The position numbers and the translations under genes were made by a program. Positions 8,664 through 18,475 of a stretch of DNA of 64,000 nt are shown here, piece after piece (position 1 is the first letter of the stretch; every line of letters starts with the position of its first letter). The stretch lies in NCBI GenBank assembly GCA_018433775.1, contig JAHDQN010000057.1, positions 66,121 through 130,120 on the forward strand. Direction: 5' to 3'. The notes below the pieces were generated by a model. The model did no database searches and was not told the origin of the DNA. It worked only from the letters and a program-made list of their open reading frames with translations. This DNA is from Deltaproteobacteria bacterium. GTDB taxonomy: Bacteria; Desulfobacterota; Desulfomonilia; UBA1062.

Positions 8664-11600
8664 CCGTGAAAGCCCGTGTGGCCGATCCGGCCTGTTCCTG
8701 GAGGGCGCACAGCCTGCCGATGTCGGGGTTTTCGGGCTGGGCCCTTTTCACCAGCTCGATGAGGTCGGCCTGGACAAGGTCGTGCCTGTTCGTGGCAACG
8801 AGTGCATCCAGCAGGTTGGCCAGTGCGTCCGGGTCCCGCGGATTCAGGCTCAGGGCCTTGTGCATGGTGACGATGGCGTCGTCGATACTCCCGAGCTCCC
8901 ACTGGATCACTCCGAGGTTGTTCAGTGCCTGGGAGTTTGCCGGATCGGTCTCGAGGACTCTCCTGAAGACCCTGATCGCTCCGGCAAGATCGCCTTCTGC
9001 ATACCGCTGCTCGCCCATCTCGATGAGTATCCCGATCCGCTGGTTCATGGTGAGGTGGAGGCGATACCCGTCTTCTGTCATCTCGAGTATGTCTTTCCAC
9101 TTCTCTGCGAAATAGGTGCGGTTTTTTCCCATGACCTGTTCATAGTCGATGGCGTTGCCGGTGAAGGTCATGCTGCCGTAGTGGTGGATGAAGACATCGC
9201 GGGCCATGATGTTGCGGAAGCCTGCAATGCGCGAGCGCAGGCAGAGGTCGTCGTCCTCGAAGTTGCCGCTGCCGTATTTTTCATCAAGGCCGCCGATGAT
9301 CTCGATAAGGGAGCGTTTCATGAGCAGGCAGAAGCCTACGAGACGAAGGGTGTCCTCGAATCTGCCTGCGTTGTCGCGGGCGAGATCCCGGGCAAAGGCA
9401 TGCATCCGCTCAAGACCGCTTCCGTCGGGTGCACCCTCGACGAGCTGGGGGCCGGAGACCGAGTTGCTCATGGGGCCGACCATGCCGATGTCGCCCGAGC
9501 TGTCGAGGTGTCCGAGCATGCCTGAGAGCCACCCCTGGGTGACGATCACGTCGTTGTTCAGGAGCAGGATGTACGCTCCTTCGGCCGCCTGGATGCCCTG
9601 ATTGCAGCCTCTGGCGAATCCGAGATTCTGCTCGTTTTCGATGAGCTTGTAGTTGCTGTTTTTTTCCGCCAGGGTTCGGAGCCACTGAACCGTGCCGTCG
9701 GTCGATCCGTTGTCCACGAAGATGATCTCGTGGGGCTCGGGCGTGTGCTCCTTGATGCTCTGCACGCACTGCTTCGTATATTCAAGTCCGTTGTAACTGA
9801 GGATCACGATGGAGACCGGACCCTGCATTGCCTCGGGCTGCCGCAGCGATTCGTGCTCGCCCTGTCTGCCCGGTGCCTCGTAGAGTCGGATACGCCGGGC
9901 ATCGGTCCAAAGAAGAGTCCCGTCCTCCTCTATGACGGCATCGGGGGTGATCCTGCCGATCCATTTTTCGTGCAGGCGCTGGATATTCTCCTTGATCTTC
10001 GTAAAGCGCTCGGGCCCGCTTTTCGATTCATGGTGGATCAGCACGCTTTCCGGCTGGTAGACGAGAGTCCATCCCTTCTCCTGGAGCCTGAAGCACAGAT
10101 CGAGGTCTTCGTAGCCGTTCCAGTACCCCTCGTCGAACATGCCCACCTCCTCAAAGAGGTTTCTCCGTACCAGAAGACAGCCTGCGGTAAGGGCCTGATA
10201 CGTCCTGGATACGTTGGCATCCCGGTGGTCAGCGGGCAGGCCGTAATAGATATGCCTCCCGACAAGGGGGTCTGGAAGCTTTTTGTCGTCGATTATCAAC
10301 ACTCCGGCATGCTGGATGGTTCCATCGGGGAAAAGCATCCGGCTGCCGGCTGCCGCGGCCGTGGGATCGCTGTCCAGCACAGTAACCAGAGCGGCAAGCC
10401 ATCCCGGCCGGGGCTCGGTGTCGTTATTGAGGAAGAGAACATAGGGCGATGAGGCCGCCTGCGCCCCCTGGTTGCAGGCCCGGGCGAAACCCAGGTTCTC
10501 CGGATTGGCGATGACCCTGACCCTGTTCCCGAGGCCTTCGAGATAATCCCGGGTCCCGTCCGTGGATCCGTTGTTCACGACAATGCACTCGAATGCTCCG
10601 GGGGGCGTGTTGGAAAACAGGGCATCGATGCATTTCCTGGTGAATTCGACCTTGTTGAAGACGGGTATCACGATCGACACACGGCTTGCTGTACTGGTGC
10701 ATTCGCCCGTGACCGGAGACGGCTGCATCTCCCCGGGCATTTCCGATTCCGCCCCGGCACCAGGTGACGAGTGGGCGGGCCGGACCTGTCCACGGTCGTT
10801 TGCGAAAAGCACGGCCCTGCGGGTGGCTTCAAGATATGTCCTCCCGAATCTGTGATCCGGTTCGAGATGACAGCCTTCGCCCCATTCGTTGAAGGCATTG
10901 ATGAAAACCATCCTTTCTTTCGTCTGTGATTGCAACAGCCTGGCGAGGACTTCCTTGAGCCATAATTCATAGAGCTGTGGCGTCGTGTTATGGAAAATTA
11001 CGGCCCCTTTCCGGCGCCTCGGGGAATTGTCCCAGGACGGGCAGACACAGGGGAAGCGGAGATAGTCGGGCTCGCTTTTCGAAAGTGCCGCCCGGATAAG
11101 GGCATGATAATCGTAGACGTGGTGTCCGGTGTGCATCAGGTCTTCACGCGGTTTTCCCAGGTGGATGCCGTCGGGCTGGAATTCTATGGCAGCGTCGAAG
11201 CCCAATGCCCTGGGATCGGTCATGTCCTGGACGAACCGCTCGACGCGGCAGAGAAAGAGATCCCCGATCCCCTGCCTGCGGGCTTCTTCTCGCCAGAGCG
11301 TGGTAGTGGCGAGCGGATCGGGCAGATTGCTCGCCCGGTACACGATGAACAGAGGTTTGCCGTCTACCTGGATGTATCGAGGGTCCCTGAATATCCCGCA
11401 GAGGTGCCTGATGTGGTCAAGATCGTCCTGAGCGCTGTAGTTCTGCTGTATCAGGACATCGCAATCGCGGCCGTCCCAGGCACGAGTCCAGTTCTCGTTG
11501 GCCCAGCACAGGCAGAAGGGGAAGTCGGGTTCCCCGGATTCCAGCACCTGTCGCAGGGGATAGTCGAGCAGGAGCTTGCCGTTGAACCAGTAATGGTAGT

Positions 11601-13446
11601 AGCAGAATCCATGGATGCCGTGCTCGCGCGCGAGCTCGGCCTGGGCCTTTCTCGTCTCTGCGAGGCGCAGGTCGTAATAACCCAGATCTGACGGCACATG
11701 GGGCTGATAGTGCCCCGGGAAGAGGGGTTTTGCCTTGGAGACATTCGTCCACTCCGTGAACCCCTTTCCCCACCAGATGTCGTTTTCCGGAATGGGGTGG
11801 AACTGAGGGAGGTAGAAAGCGATGGCGCGGACATCCCGTGAGTGTCCGGCGGGCTCACGGTTATCTGAAGTCGGGTTTGGATCCGCACGGGTGCCTTTTC
11901 CCCCAGGATATTTTCGGGAAAGGTTTACTGCGGGACGGCCCGCGGCTGCAGAAGAAGACAAGTCGCTGTCCGTTATCTCGTTCTTCCAGAATTGCTTGAC
12001 CTTATCCAAGCTCTGTAATTCGCTCCTTTCGGCAATCTCCCTGTTCTCCTCATCATCGAAAAAGACCATCTCTCTGAGCTCTTCCGGACGATGATCGCAC
12101 GAATCCAGGATCCGGTACATCTCGACAAGCCCGGCATGAAGGGCATTATCAGCCCTGTGTCTGAGATAGTCGGTGCGGATTTCCCGAGCCACATCCATGC
12201 GCAGCTCAGGGTTTCTGATAAAGCCGTCCAGTTTCTCGAAAAATTCCTCCCTTGTCATGTCCTCGCCGAAATGCCTCCGGTAGGCATCCGACTGCAGCAG
12301 GGTATGGTTTCTGAACACTCGGGATTTGCCGTATTTGGGCACCGGGCAGCTCAATCCTATGACCGGGGCATGTGACTGGACCCCGAGCGATGGTTGGGGC
12401 ATGGCCTCCAGGCAGATATCCGATGCCAGATAGTAGTTGGTGAGGTCCGGTATCTGCGCGTGGAACATCACTCTCTCAGGCAGATCGAATCCCCTGACCA
12501 TCGGATCGTTTTTCGGCAGACCGACCACGATGCACACAACATCCGGATACATATCGAGGATAACCTTCAGGAGATGGAAATAATTGTACTCCTTGTTCGG
12601 GATATATTTTTCCCTCGTTCCCACCGTCAGGATAACGGTTTTCCGGGGGTCGATGTGCAGCAGGGCTTTTGCCTTTGCTTTTTCGTCCGCGTCAACCCGT
12701 CTGTCCATATGATCCGACAAGGTGAACGGGAGAAAAAGACAGTTGTCCGCCGATCGGTATCTCATAGTGAAGTCAGTATGATAGCGCGTGTGGCACACGA
12801 TCAGATCGGCAATGGACCTTCCGTGCCAGAACCAGGAATGGGCATGATTCTCCAGAGCAACCGGAACATCGCCCGGCACCGCAAAGGCGAGCGAGGGGAT
12901 TACATCATGCGGGTGGGCATATGTGATCACCCGCTGGAAACGCTGGGCAAGAAGCCTCAGGGCATAGGCCCGCTCAAAGGGTGTCCGGAAGTTTTTCAGA
13001 GAACACGCTTGGACATATGTCTCCATCCCGGCTCCGAACCATTCCGGGATGACGGACAGACTGGTGTTTGTCAGGACCAGGCACTGATGGCGTTCTCCCG
13101 ATCTTCTCATGATCTGGCGGATCAGCCGGGTGTGGCCGCCGATGCCTGCGACCTCGGTCGCGACGTGAAGGGTGCTGTATTCTGTCGGGAGAGGGAACCA
13201 TGTGCTGATGTCCTGCGGAATGTTTCCGATCTCGACGAGATCTTCCAAGTGGTTGCCATAAAAGGATAACAGGTTTTCGATATCCGAATCGTAGAAGCAA
13301 CCGGGATGGTTCCGCCACGCGAACTCTCCGAGTTTTCTGATCAGCAACAGGTTCTTGTCTATCGATGCGGTCCCTGATGCATGAAAGTCGATTTTAGACT
13401 TCGCCAGCTGGTAGAAATGTTTGTTCCGTTGAAGAAAATCTTCCAT
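8650..13446 (-). CDS. Giant multidomain glycosyltransferase: unknown N-terminal domain (about 480 aa, possibly GT-B-like), WbsX-like domain, two tandem GT2 (GT-A) domains and C-terminal TPR repeats.
   Basis: 1598 aa. WbsX-like block: AIAFYLPQFHPIPENDIWWGKGFTEWTNV...CWANENWTRAWDG. First GT2: VSIVIPVFNKVEFTRKCIDAL...VVNNGSTDGT...FLNNDTEP...GYEDLDLCFRL. Second GT2: VSIVILSYNGLEYTKQCVQSI...FVDNGSTDGT...LLNNDVIV...GNFEDDDLCLR. TPR repeats at the C-terminus (ALNNLGVIQWELGSIDDAI...). The many internal ORFs on both strands are antisense or out-of-frame artefacts. Confidence 0.75.
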   Translation of the reverse strand: MEDFLQRNKHFYQLAKSKIDFHASGTASIDKNLLLIRKLGEFAWRNHPGCFYDSDIENLLSFYGNHLEDLVEIGNIPQDISTWFPLPTEYSTLHVATEVAGIGGHTRLIRQIMRRSGERHQCLVLTNTSLSVIPEWFGAGMETYVQACSLKNFRTPFERAYALRLLAQRFQRVITYAHPHDVIPSLAFAVPGDVPVALENHAHSWFWHGRSIADLIVCHTRYHTDFTMRYRSADNCLFLPFTLSDHMDRRVDADEKAKAKALLHIDPRKTVILTVGTREKYIPNKEYNYFHLLKVILDMYPDVVCIVVGLPKNDPMVRGFDLPERVMFHAQIPDLTNYYLASDICLEAMPQPSLGVQSHAPVIGLSCPVPKYGKSRVFRNHTLLQSDAYRRHFGEDMTREEFFEKLDGFIRNPELRMDVAREIRTDYLRHRADNALHAGLVEMYRILDSCDHRPEELREMVFFDDEENREIAERSELQSLDKVKQFWKNEITDSDLSSSAAAGRPAVNLSRKYPGGKGTRADPNPTSDNREPAGHSRDVRAIAFYLPQFHPIPENDIWWGKGFTEWTNVSKAKPLFPGHYQPHVPSDLGYYDLRLAETRKAQAELAREHGIHGFCYYHYWFNGKLLLDYPLRQVLESGEPDFPFCLCWANENWTRAWDGRDCDVLIQQNYSAQDDLDHIRHLCGIFRDPRYIQVDGKPLFIVYRASNLPDPLATTTLWREEARRQGIGDLFLCRVERFVQDMTDPRALGFDAAIEFQPDGIHLGKPREDLMHTGHHVYDYHALIRAALSKSEPDYLRFPCVCPSWDNSPRRRKGAVIFHNTTPQLYELWLKEVLARLLQSQTKERMVFINAFNEWGEGCHLEPDHRFGRTYLEATRRAVLFANDRGQVRPAHSSPGAGAESEMPGEMQPSPVTGECTSTASRVSIVIPVFNKVEFTRKCIDALFSNTPPGAFECIVVNNGSTDGTRDYLEGLGNRVRVIANPENLGFARACNQGAQAASSPYVLFLNNDTEPRPGWLAALVTVLDSDPTAAAAGSRMLFPDGTIQHAGVLIIDDKKLPDPLVGRHIYYGLPADHRDANVSRTYQALTAGCLLVRRNLFEEVGMFDEGYWNGYEDLDLCFRLQEKGWTLVYQPESVLIHHESKSGPERFTKIKENIQRLHEKWIGRITPDAVIEEDGTLLWTDARRIRLYEAPGRQGEHESLRQPEAMQGPVSIVILSYNGLEYTKQCVQSIKEHTPEPHEIIFVDNGSTDGTVQWLRTLAEKNSNYKLIENEQNLGFARGCNQGIQAAEGAYILLLNNDVIVTQGWLSGMLGHLDSSGDIGMVGPMSNSVSGPQLVEGAPDGSGLERMHAFARDLARDNAGRFEDTLRLVGFCLLMKRSLIEIIGGLDEKYGSGNFEDDDLCLRSRIAGFRNIMARDVFIHHYGSMTFTGNAIDYEQVMGKNRTYFAEKWKDILEMTEDGYRLHLTMNQRIGILIEMGEQRYAEGDLAGAIRVFRRVLETDPANSQALNNLGVIQWELGSIDDAIVTMHKALSLNPRDPDALANLLDALVATNRHDLVQADLIELVKRAQPENPDIGRLCALQEQAGSATRAFTGEAS

Positions 13447-13590
13447 GATTCCTGTTCGTCTCCCTCAACCGAGGATCCGGTCAGATTCGATGGGCATCGT
13501 CTGTATGCAGAACAGACGTCTTGAAGAGCCCGCATATTCCCCACAGATGGTGTTCCTGAATGTGATGAACAGATATGAGATGAGCCTGCC

Positions 13591-14598
13591 TCATGATCTG
13601 CTCACCAGCCTCATATCCTTGAGGCATTGCACCCCGGCCCTTACCCGCAACCAGGCAGGGTCGGGGTCTCTGTCCTGAGCCCACGCAATCAGGGCGGCAG
13701 GTATGTCGGCTCCGGCTTCGTGGGAAAAGGGATAGTGTCCTCCGAAACGCGGGTTGGCTTCCAGCAGGCAGGGGCCGTTCCGGTCGACAATGACATCCAC
13801 GTCGAGCATTCCCGTATGTATCAACCGTTCGCCAATGAAACGGCCGAATGACTCCAGGACCGGGTCAGCCACTGTCTCCGCCGCATCCGTCTCCCCAGAG
13901 CGCATTGCAAGCTTGCGCTTCACGAAGCAGGCCGCAAACTTGCCGTTCAGGTCGTTTACTACATCCAAGCCGTATTCCTGCCCCTGGACATATTCCTGAA
14001 CAATCAGATCTTCCCGGCCGGACCTCAACAGACCGTTCGATTCCATGCGCGATATCTTGCCCTTGGCCAGCAGGAAGGAGCTGTGCAGCTCATCTTCGGT
14101 AAACACGGTCTCTACGGCGATGGATCCCTGGCCATATCGAGGCTTTACCACCAGGGGGAAGTCAAGGGTCCCATCCGCTATATATTGCAAGGCCGAATCC
14201 AGACCGAGGGCGGTCTTGGGGACGCGTATACCTTCACGCATCCCGAATTCCCAGAAGGCATACTTGTCCAGGCAGGTGTCCAGCACGGACGGATCGGACA
14301 CGGCGACTTTCGTCCCCAGTTGCCGGAACCGGTTGCAGGCGCGCGCAATAAAAGGTGACTCCCAGTCATGCAGCGAGCACAGCAGCCGTACCTCGGAGCG
14401 CCGGCAGACGTCCAGCAGCTGCTCGATGAAATCCTCGCTGCCTGCGGGCGGGACGACGACAGCCCTGTCCGCGGCCAGCATACCGGTGGCATGGGCGTGC
14501 GAATTGGTGGCAATGACCAGGCCGCGACCTCCGAGCGCCTGCTGGAAATAGCGCACCAGGTAACTGCGGCGCCCCACGCTGCTCAGGAGTATATTCAT
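13591..14598 (-). CDS. ATP-grasp domain ligase (CPSase-L-chain-like). Probable start at MNILLSSVGRR; the track ORF extends to 14643.
   Basis: N-terminus M.ILLSSVGRR typical of ATP-grasp proteins; central VVKPRYGQGS and C-terminal LLEANPRFGG segments. The upstream 15 codons overlap the GNAT gene. Confidence 0.7.
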   Translation of the reverse strand: MNILLSSVGRRSYLVRYFQQALGGRGLVIATNSHAHATGMLAADRAVVVPPAGSEDFIEQLLDVCRRSEVRLLCSLHDWESPFIARACNRFRQLGTKVAVSDPSVLDTCLDKYAFWEFGMREGIRVPKTALGLDSALQYIADGTLDFPLVVKPRYGQGSIAVETVFTEDELHSSFLLAKGKISRMESNGLLRSGREDLIVQEYVQGQEYGLDVVNDLNGKFAACFVKRKLAMRSGETDAAETVADPVLESFGRFIGERLIHTGMLDVDVIVDRNGPCLLEANPRFGGHYPFSHEAGADIPAALIAWAQDRDPDPAWLRVRAGVQCLKDMRLVSRS

Positions 14599-14605
14599 GG
14601 ATGCA

Positions 14606-15193
14606 TCAGTCCCCGCCCTCCGATGTCTTCTTCCTGGGCGCATCTTTCAACCATTCTTCCTTCAGAATCCGGTGCTGATAGATATCCTGCAATGCTCCTC
14701 GACAGTAGAAGTGCTGTGCCATGCAGGCTTCCTGCACGAACCCGTTTCTTTCATAAACCCTCCGGGCATGGGTATTTGCAGGGATGGTCCAGAGGTAGAT
14801 CTTGTTGAGATTCAGATTTCCGAAGGCATACCGGAGGACCATCGGGATCACCTCGTCAGGGATGTGACGCCCCCAGTAATCCTTTTCACCGATGGTCATG
14901 TAAAACTGCGCGTGCAGGTGTCGCCGGTCGATCCGGAGCAGTCCGGTCATGCCGATCACCCTGTCTGTTGCCGTATCGCAGATGGAGAGATCGATGCGGC
15001 TGTGATGCTGTTCCTGAGCGGCCCGTCTGAACCAGGCCATGGTCGTTGCCAGTGAGATCGGATAATCCATCAACAAAGTCCTGTTGATTTCCGGGTCGTT
15101 GAACCATTTTGGCCGGAGCGTGAGATCATTCTCCTCCAGACCGCGCAGGTAGACCCTTGTACCCGAAAACACCATTTCTCTATGATCGCTCAT
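14606..15193 (-). CDS. GNAT-family N-acetyltransferase (RimL / PseH-like).
   Basis: 195 aa with a GNAT fold (RVIGMTGLLRIDRRHLHAQFYMTIGEKDYWGRHIPDEVIPMVLRYAFGNLNLNKIYLWTIPANTHARRVYERNGF). Confidence 0.75.
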   Translation of the reverse strand: MSDHREMVFSGTRVYLRGLEENDLTLRPKWFNDPEINRTLLMDYPISLATTMAWFRRAAQEQHHSRIDLSICDTATDRVIGMTGLLRIDRRHLHAQFYMTIGEKDYWGRHIPDEVIPMVLRYAFGNLNLNKIYLWTIPANTHARRVYERNGFVQEACMAQHFYCRGALQDIYQHRILKEEWLKDAPRKKTSEGGD

Positions 15194-15200
15194 GCATACC

Positions 15201-16196
15201 TCAGTATCCTTTTGTGAAATCGACCCTGTTGATCAAAGGACTGCCTGTTGCAAAACGATTCAGATTCTCCACCGCATCAGGCAAATGCGGGAGCTCACCC
15301 CGTATCATCCCGCCGCGGTGCGGAGACATGACCACGTTGTCCAGGGTTTCGAACGGAAAGCGTGAGGGCCTGGATAAAGAGTGTCCCCGTTGCGGGTACT
15401 GGTACCAGACATCTATACCCGCACCGGCAATCCGGTTCTTCTTGAGGACACAGAACAGTGACTCCTCGTCAATGATGTCACCTCTCGAAACATTGATGAG
15501 ATAGGAGGTGCTCTTCATGAGCTCGAGCTGTTCCCGTCCGATCATTCCCCTGGTCGCGGGAGTCAGGGGGGCCGTTACGATCAGCACGTCACAACGCTTG
15601 AACAGGTGATTCAGCCCCTCAGGCCCCAGTATGGCCAGTTCCCCTTCCTTCCTGCCTTCGGAAGCAAGGGCGCGGATGGTTACATCAAATCCCTTGAGCA
15701 TTTTCTCGAGCTTTCGACCTACGGCGCCATACCCTATCAAACCGATATCTTTTCCGTATAATGCATCCGGTGGTGTAAAGTCTTCAGAGCCGGGTCTGCG
15801 CCAGTTACCCTGCTTCAAGGCACAGTGGTGTGACGGTATCTGCTTCATACAGGCAAGGAGCAGGGCCATCGCCAGTTCGGCTACGGATGCGGCATTGCTG
15901 TGAGAGTTGCACACCTGGAAGGAATATTTCTCAAGCAGGCCGAAGTCAATCTTGTCCAGTCCGGTCCATGGGATCTGCAGGAGCTTCACGCCGGTTGCCG
16001 CATCCATAACTTCCGGGGCGGGCACATCGCCCAGCAGTATGTCGATGCCCCTGGATGCTTCTTCCGCCAGGGTGGGAATCGAGTAGTCCTTCGGAATGAC
16101 GAACACCACATCCGGCATGACATGGGTGCGGAGATATTCCAGGTCGAGGTCCCAGAACTTCCGGGTCAGGAGGCACTTAATCTTCTTTTTTTTCAT
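15201..16196 (-). CDS. D-isomer-specific 2-hydroxyacid dehydrogenase family, NAD-binding (SerA/GhrB-like).
   Basis: 331 aa. Rossmann motif GLIGYGAVGRKL and a catalytic region NVSRGDIIDEESL...AGAGIDVW...SPHRGG typical of the D-2-HADH family. Confidence 0.8.
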   Translation of the reverse strand: MKKKKIKCLLTRKFWDLDLEYLRTHVMPDVVFVIPKDYSIPTLAEEASRGIDILLGDVPAPEVMDAATGVKLLQIPWTGLDKIDFGLLEKYSFQVCNSHSNAASVAELAMALLLACMKQIPSHHCALKQGNWRRPGSEDFTPPDALYGKDIGLIGYGAVGRKLEKMLKGFDVTIRALASEGRKEGELAILGPEGLNHLFKRCDVLIVTAPLTPATRGMIGREQLELMKSTSYLINVSRGDIIDEESLFCVLKKNRIAGAGIDVWYQYPQRGHSLSRPSRFPFETLDNVVMSPHRGGMIRGELPHLPDAVENLNRFATGSPLINRVDFTKGY

Positions 16197-17355
16197 GAGC
16201 TGATGACTCCATGAATTCCAGAATTCTCTTCATCCCCTCCTCGAACACATCGGTTTGATTCACGAAGGAGAGGCGGCAATAGTCCGGATAATTATTCCCG
16301 AACGCCAGCCCGGGCACTATCGCAACGTTTTTTTGATCGAGGAGTTCAACGGCGAAAGTGTCACAGTCCATCCGGGAAGCAGATATATTGATGAATGTGA
16401 AGTATCCACCCTCGTACTCCGTACCGCTCAGATAAGGTGAGCGGCTCAGCAGGCGATCGTAGATGATCTTTCGCTCGCGGAGCTTCCGGACATAGTTTCC
16501 GATATGATCCCGGTTTCCGTCGAGAGCGGCAAGGGCTGCCTGCTGGATGAAGGCAGCCGTATTGGTATTGATGTGCTCGTGTATGGTGAGCATGGCGCGT
16601 GTGACCGTGGCAGGGGCGTGGACGTAACCGATGCGCCACCCGGTCATGAAATGGGCCTTGCTGAATCCCCCGACCGTAATGACCCGGTTTTCAATGCCGG
16701 GAATCGACGCCGGGGCACGGTGCTTGGTATCACCTACCACCATTGATTCGTAGATCTCGTCCGATAGCAGGTATAATCGCGGATGTTGTCTCATCTCCTC
16801 GGCAATGAAGAGGATATCGTCGTCGGAAAGCATTCTGCCTGTGGGGTTGTGCGGCGTATTGATGAAAAGCAGCTTTGTCCTGTCCGTAAGGCAGCTCGAG
16901 AGTTTTTCCCGGTCCAGATCGAATACGCCCGGGGTCATGTCCACATCGCACACCTTCACCCCGGAACCGGTGATGTGCACGATCGGGGAATTGCTGACGT
17001 AGCAGGGCCGCAGGAGGGCGACCTCATCTCCTGGTTCGAGCAGGGCTGCGCACGCCAGGAAAAGGGCATTTTTCGCCCCCGGTGTGATGATGATCTGCTC
17101 TGCGCCTGCCTCTATCCCATGCGAAGCCTTCAGGTAGCGGGCAATGCATTCCCTTAAGGGTGGCAGCCCCTGTGGGTTGGAGTATTTCGTCAAGCCATCG
17201 CGCAGGGCTTTTACCCCGGCCTCCACGATGTGAGGGGGTGTCGGCACCTCTGCCTCTCCCAGGCCCAGGGAAATGATCTCTCTGCCCTGTCGTACATGTT
17301 CCCGGACCTTCTGACTGAATTCCAGCGTGACCGATGGTGTTATCTGTTTCATACC
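16177..17355 (-). CDS. Class I/II PLP-dependent aminotransferase (AspC family). Start taken at MKQITP; the track ORF 16177..17499 carries a spurious N-terminal extension.
   Basis: PLP-lysine context GGFSKAHFMTGWRIGY. NPQG, TPGAK and INTPHNPTG motifs. 14-nt gap to the upstream DegT gene stop. Confidence 0.8.
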   Translation of the reverse strand, partial: GMKQITPSVTLEFSQKVREHVRQGREIISLGLGEAEVPTPPHIVEAGVKALRDGLTKYSNPQGLPPLRECIARYLKASHGIEAGAEQIIITPGAKNALFLACAALLEPGDEVALLRPCYVSNSPIVHITGSGVKVCDVDMTPGVFDLDREKLSSCLTDRTKLLFINTPHNPTGRMLSDDDILFIAEEMRQHPRLYLLSDEIYESMVVGDTKHRAPASIPGIENRVITVGGFSKAHFMTGWRIGYVHAPATVTRAMLTIHEHINTNTAAFIQQAALAALDGNRDHIGNYVRKLRERKIIYDRLLSRSPYLSGTEYEGGYFTFINISASRMDCDTFAVELLDQKNVAIVPGLAFGNNYPDYCRLSFVNQTDVFEEGMKRILEFMESSAHEKKED

Positions 17356-17368
17356 TCTCACCTTTGTT

Positions 17369-18475
17369 TTACGAAACGAGAATGTCGATGGTCCGGTACA
17401 GGTCTTTGTCGGTGAGGCCGTAGTACAGAGGCAGGCACAGGATGCGCCTGGTGATGTCCTCGGAAACGGGCGCCGGCTGATACTCCACGATCTTGCCAAA
17501 CGTGTTCACCGATGGATAAAAGTACCTTCTGGGATGGATATCATGCCGCTTCAATTTCTCCTCAGCCTTGGACATCTCCGATTCACTCGTGAAGATGACC
17601 GGGAAATATGAACAGTTCGCCTCACCTGATCTGATACTCTGAAACCGTATCGATGCCACACCACTCAATGCATCGCGGTAGATCGCATACTTCCTCTTTC
17701 TGTCCGCGAGAACGGCATCGTAGTATTTCAGATTTGCGATCCCCAGCGCTGCGTGAACTTCGGTCATTTTTCCGTTAAAGCCATCTTCAACGATGTCCCT
17801 CGCCTCGTCATGGCCGAAGAAACGTATTCTCCTGAGCCGCTCATGCAGTTCGAAATCCCCGGTGATGCATCCCCCGCCTTCAGCCGTGTTCAGCAGCTTG
17901 GTGGCATGCAGACTCGTGGCCGTGATGTCACCGCATTCCAGCAGACTCCTGCCCCGATACATCGAGCCGACCGCATGTGCCCCGTCATAGATCACCTTCA
18001 GCCCGTATCCGGTTGCGATATCCTCTATCGACTGGACATCACAGGGGTTCCCGAACACATGAACCGGCATGATTGCGCAGGTCCTGTCGGTAATGAGCGG
18101 CTCTATATTGCAGGGGTCGAGGTTCAGTGTTTCGGGGTCGATGTCGCAAAAGATCGGTACGCACCCTTCCCATTTGATGGCGCTCACCGTGGCGATCCAG
18201 GTGAACGGGGTGGTGATGATCTCTCCCTTCAGCCCCAGAGCCTTGATCGCCATCTGAAGCGCAATGGTCCCGTTGGATACGGCTACGAAACTGGAAAGCC
18301 CCAGCTTCTTGCAAAGATCCCTCTCCAGCTGCTGAACCAGTGGGCCGTTATGGGTCAGTATGCCCCGTGACCATGCACCCCTGAGCAGTTCGACATACTC
18401 CTCCAGAGGGGCGAGAGAGGGCATGGTAACAGGGATCGAAGGGTGATTATTCATCTGTTCTGATTCTGAATTCAT
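17369..18475 (-). CDS. DegT/DnrJ/EryC1/StrS family sugar aminotransferase (PseC/EvaB-like). Start at MNSESEQ (18475) or MNNHPS (18454); the track ORF extends to 18841 through the upstream gene.
   Basis: Conserved core ...VAVSNGTIALQMAIKALGL...PFTWIATVSAI...VHVFGNP...DGAHAVGS...TSLHATKLLNTAEGG (Schiff-base Lys in HATK). Confidence 0.85.
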   Translation of the reverse strand: MNSESEQMNNHPSIPVTMPSLAPLEEYVELLRGAWSRGILTHNGPLVQQLERDLCKKLGLSSFVAVSNGTIALQMAIKALGLKGEIITTPFTWIATVSAIKWEGCVPIFCDIDPETLNLDPCNIEPLITDRTCAIMPVHVFGNPCDVQSIEDIATGYGLKVIYDGAHAVGSMYRGRSLLECGDITATSLHATKLLNTAEGGGCITGDFELHERLRRIRFFGHDEARDIVEDGFNGKMTEVHAALGIANLKYYDAVLADRKRKYAIYRDALSGVASIRFQSIRSGEANCSYFPVIFTSESEMSKAEEKLKRHDIHPRRYFYPSVNTFGKIVEYQPAPVSEDITRRILCLPLYYGLTDKDLYRTIDILVS

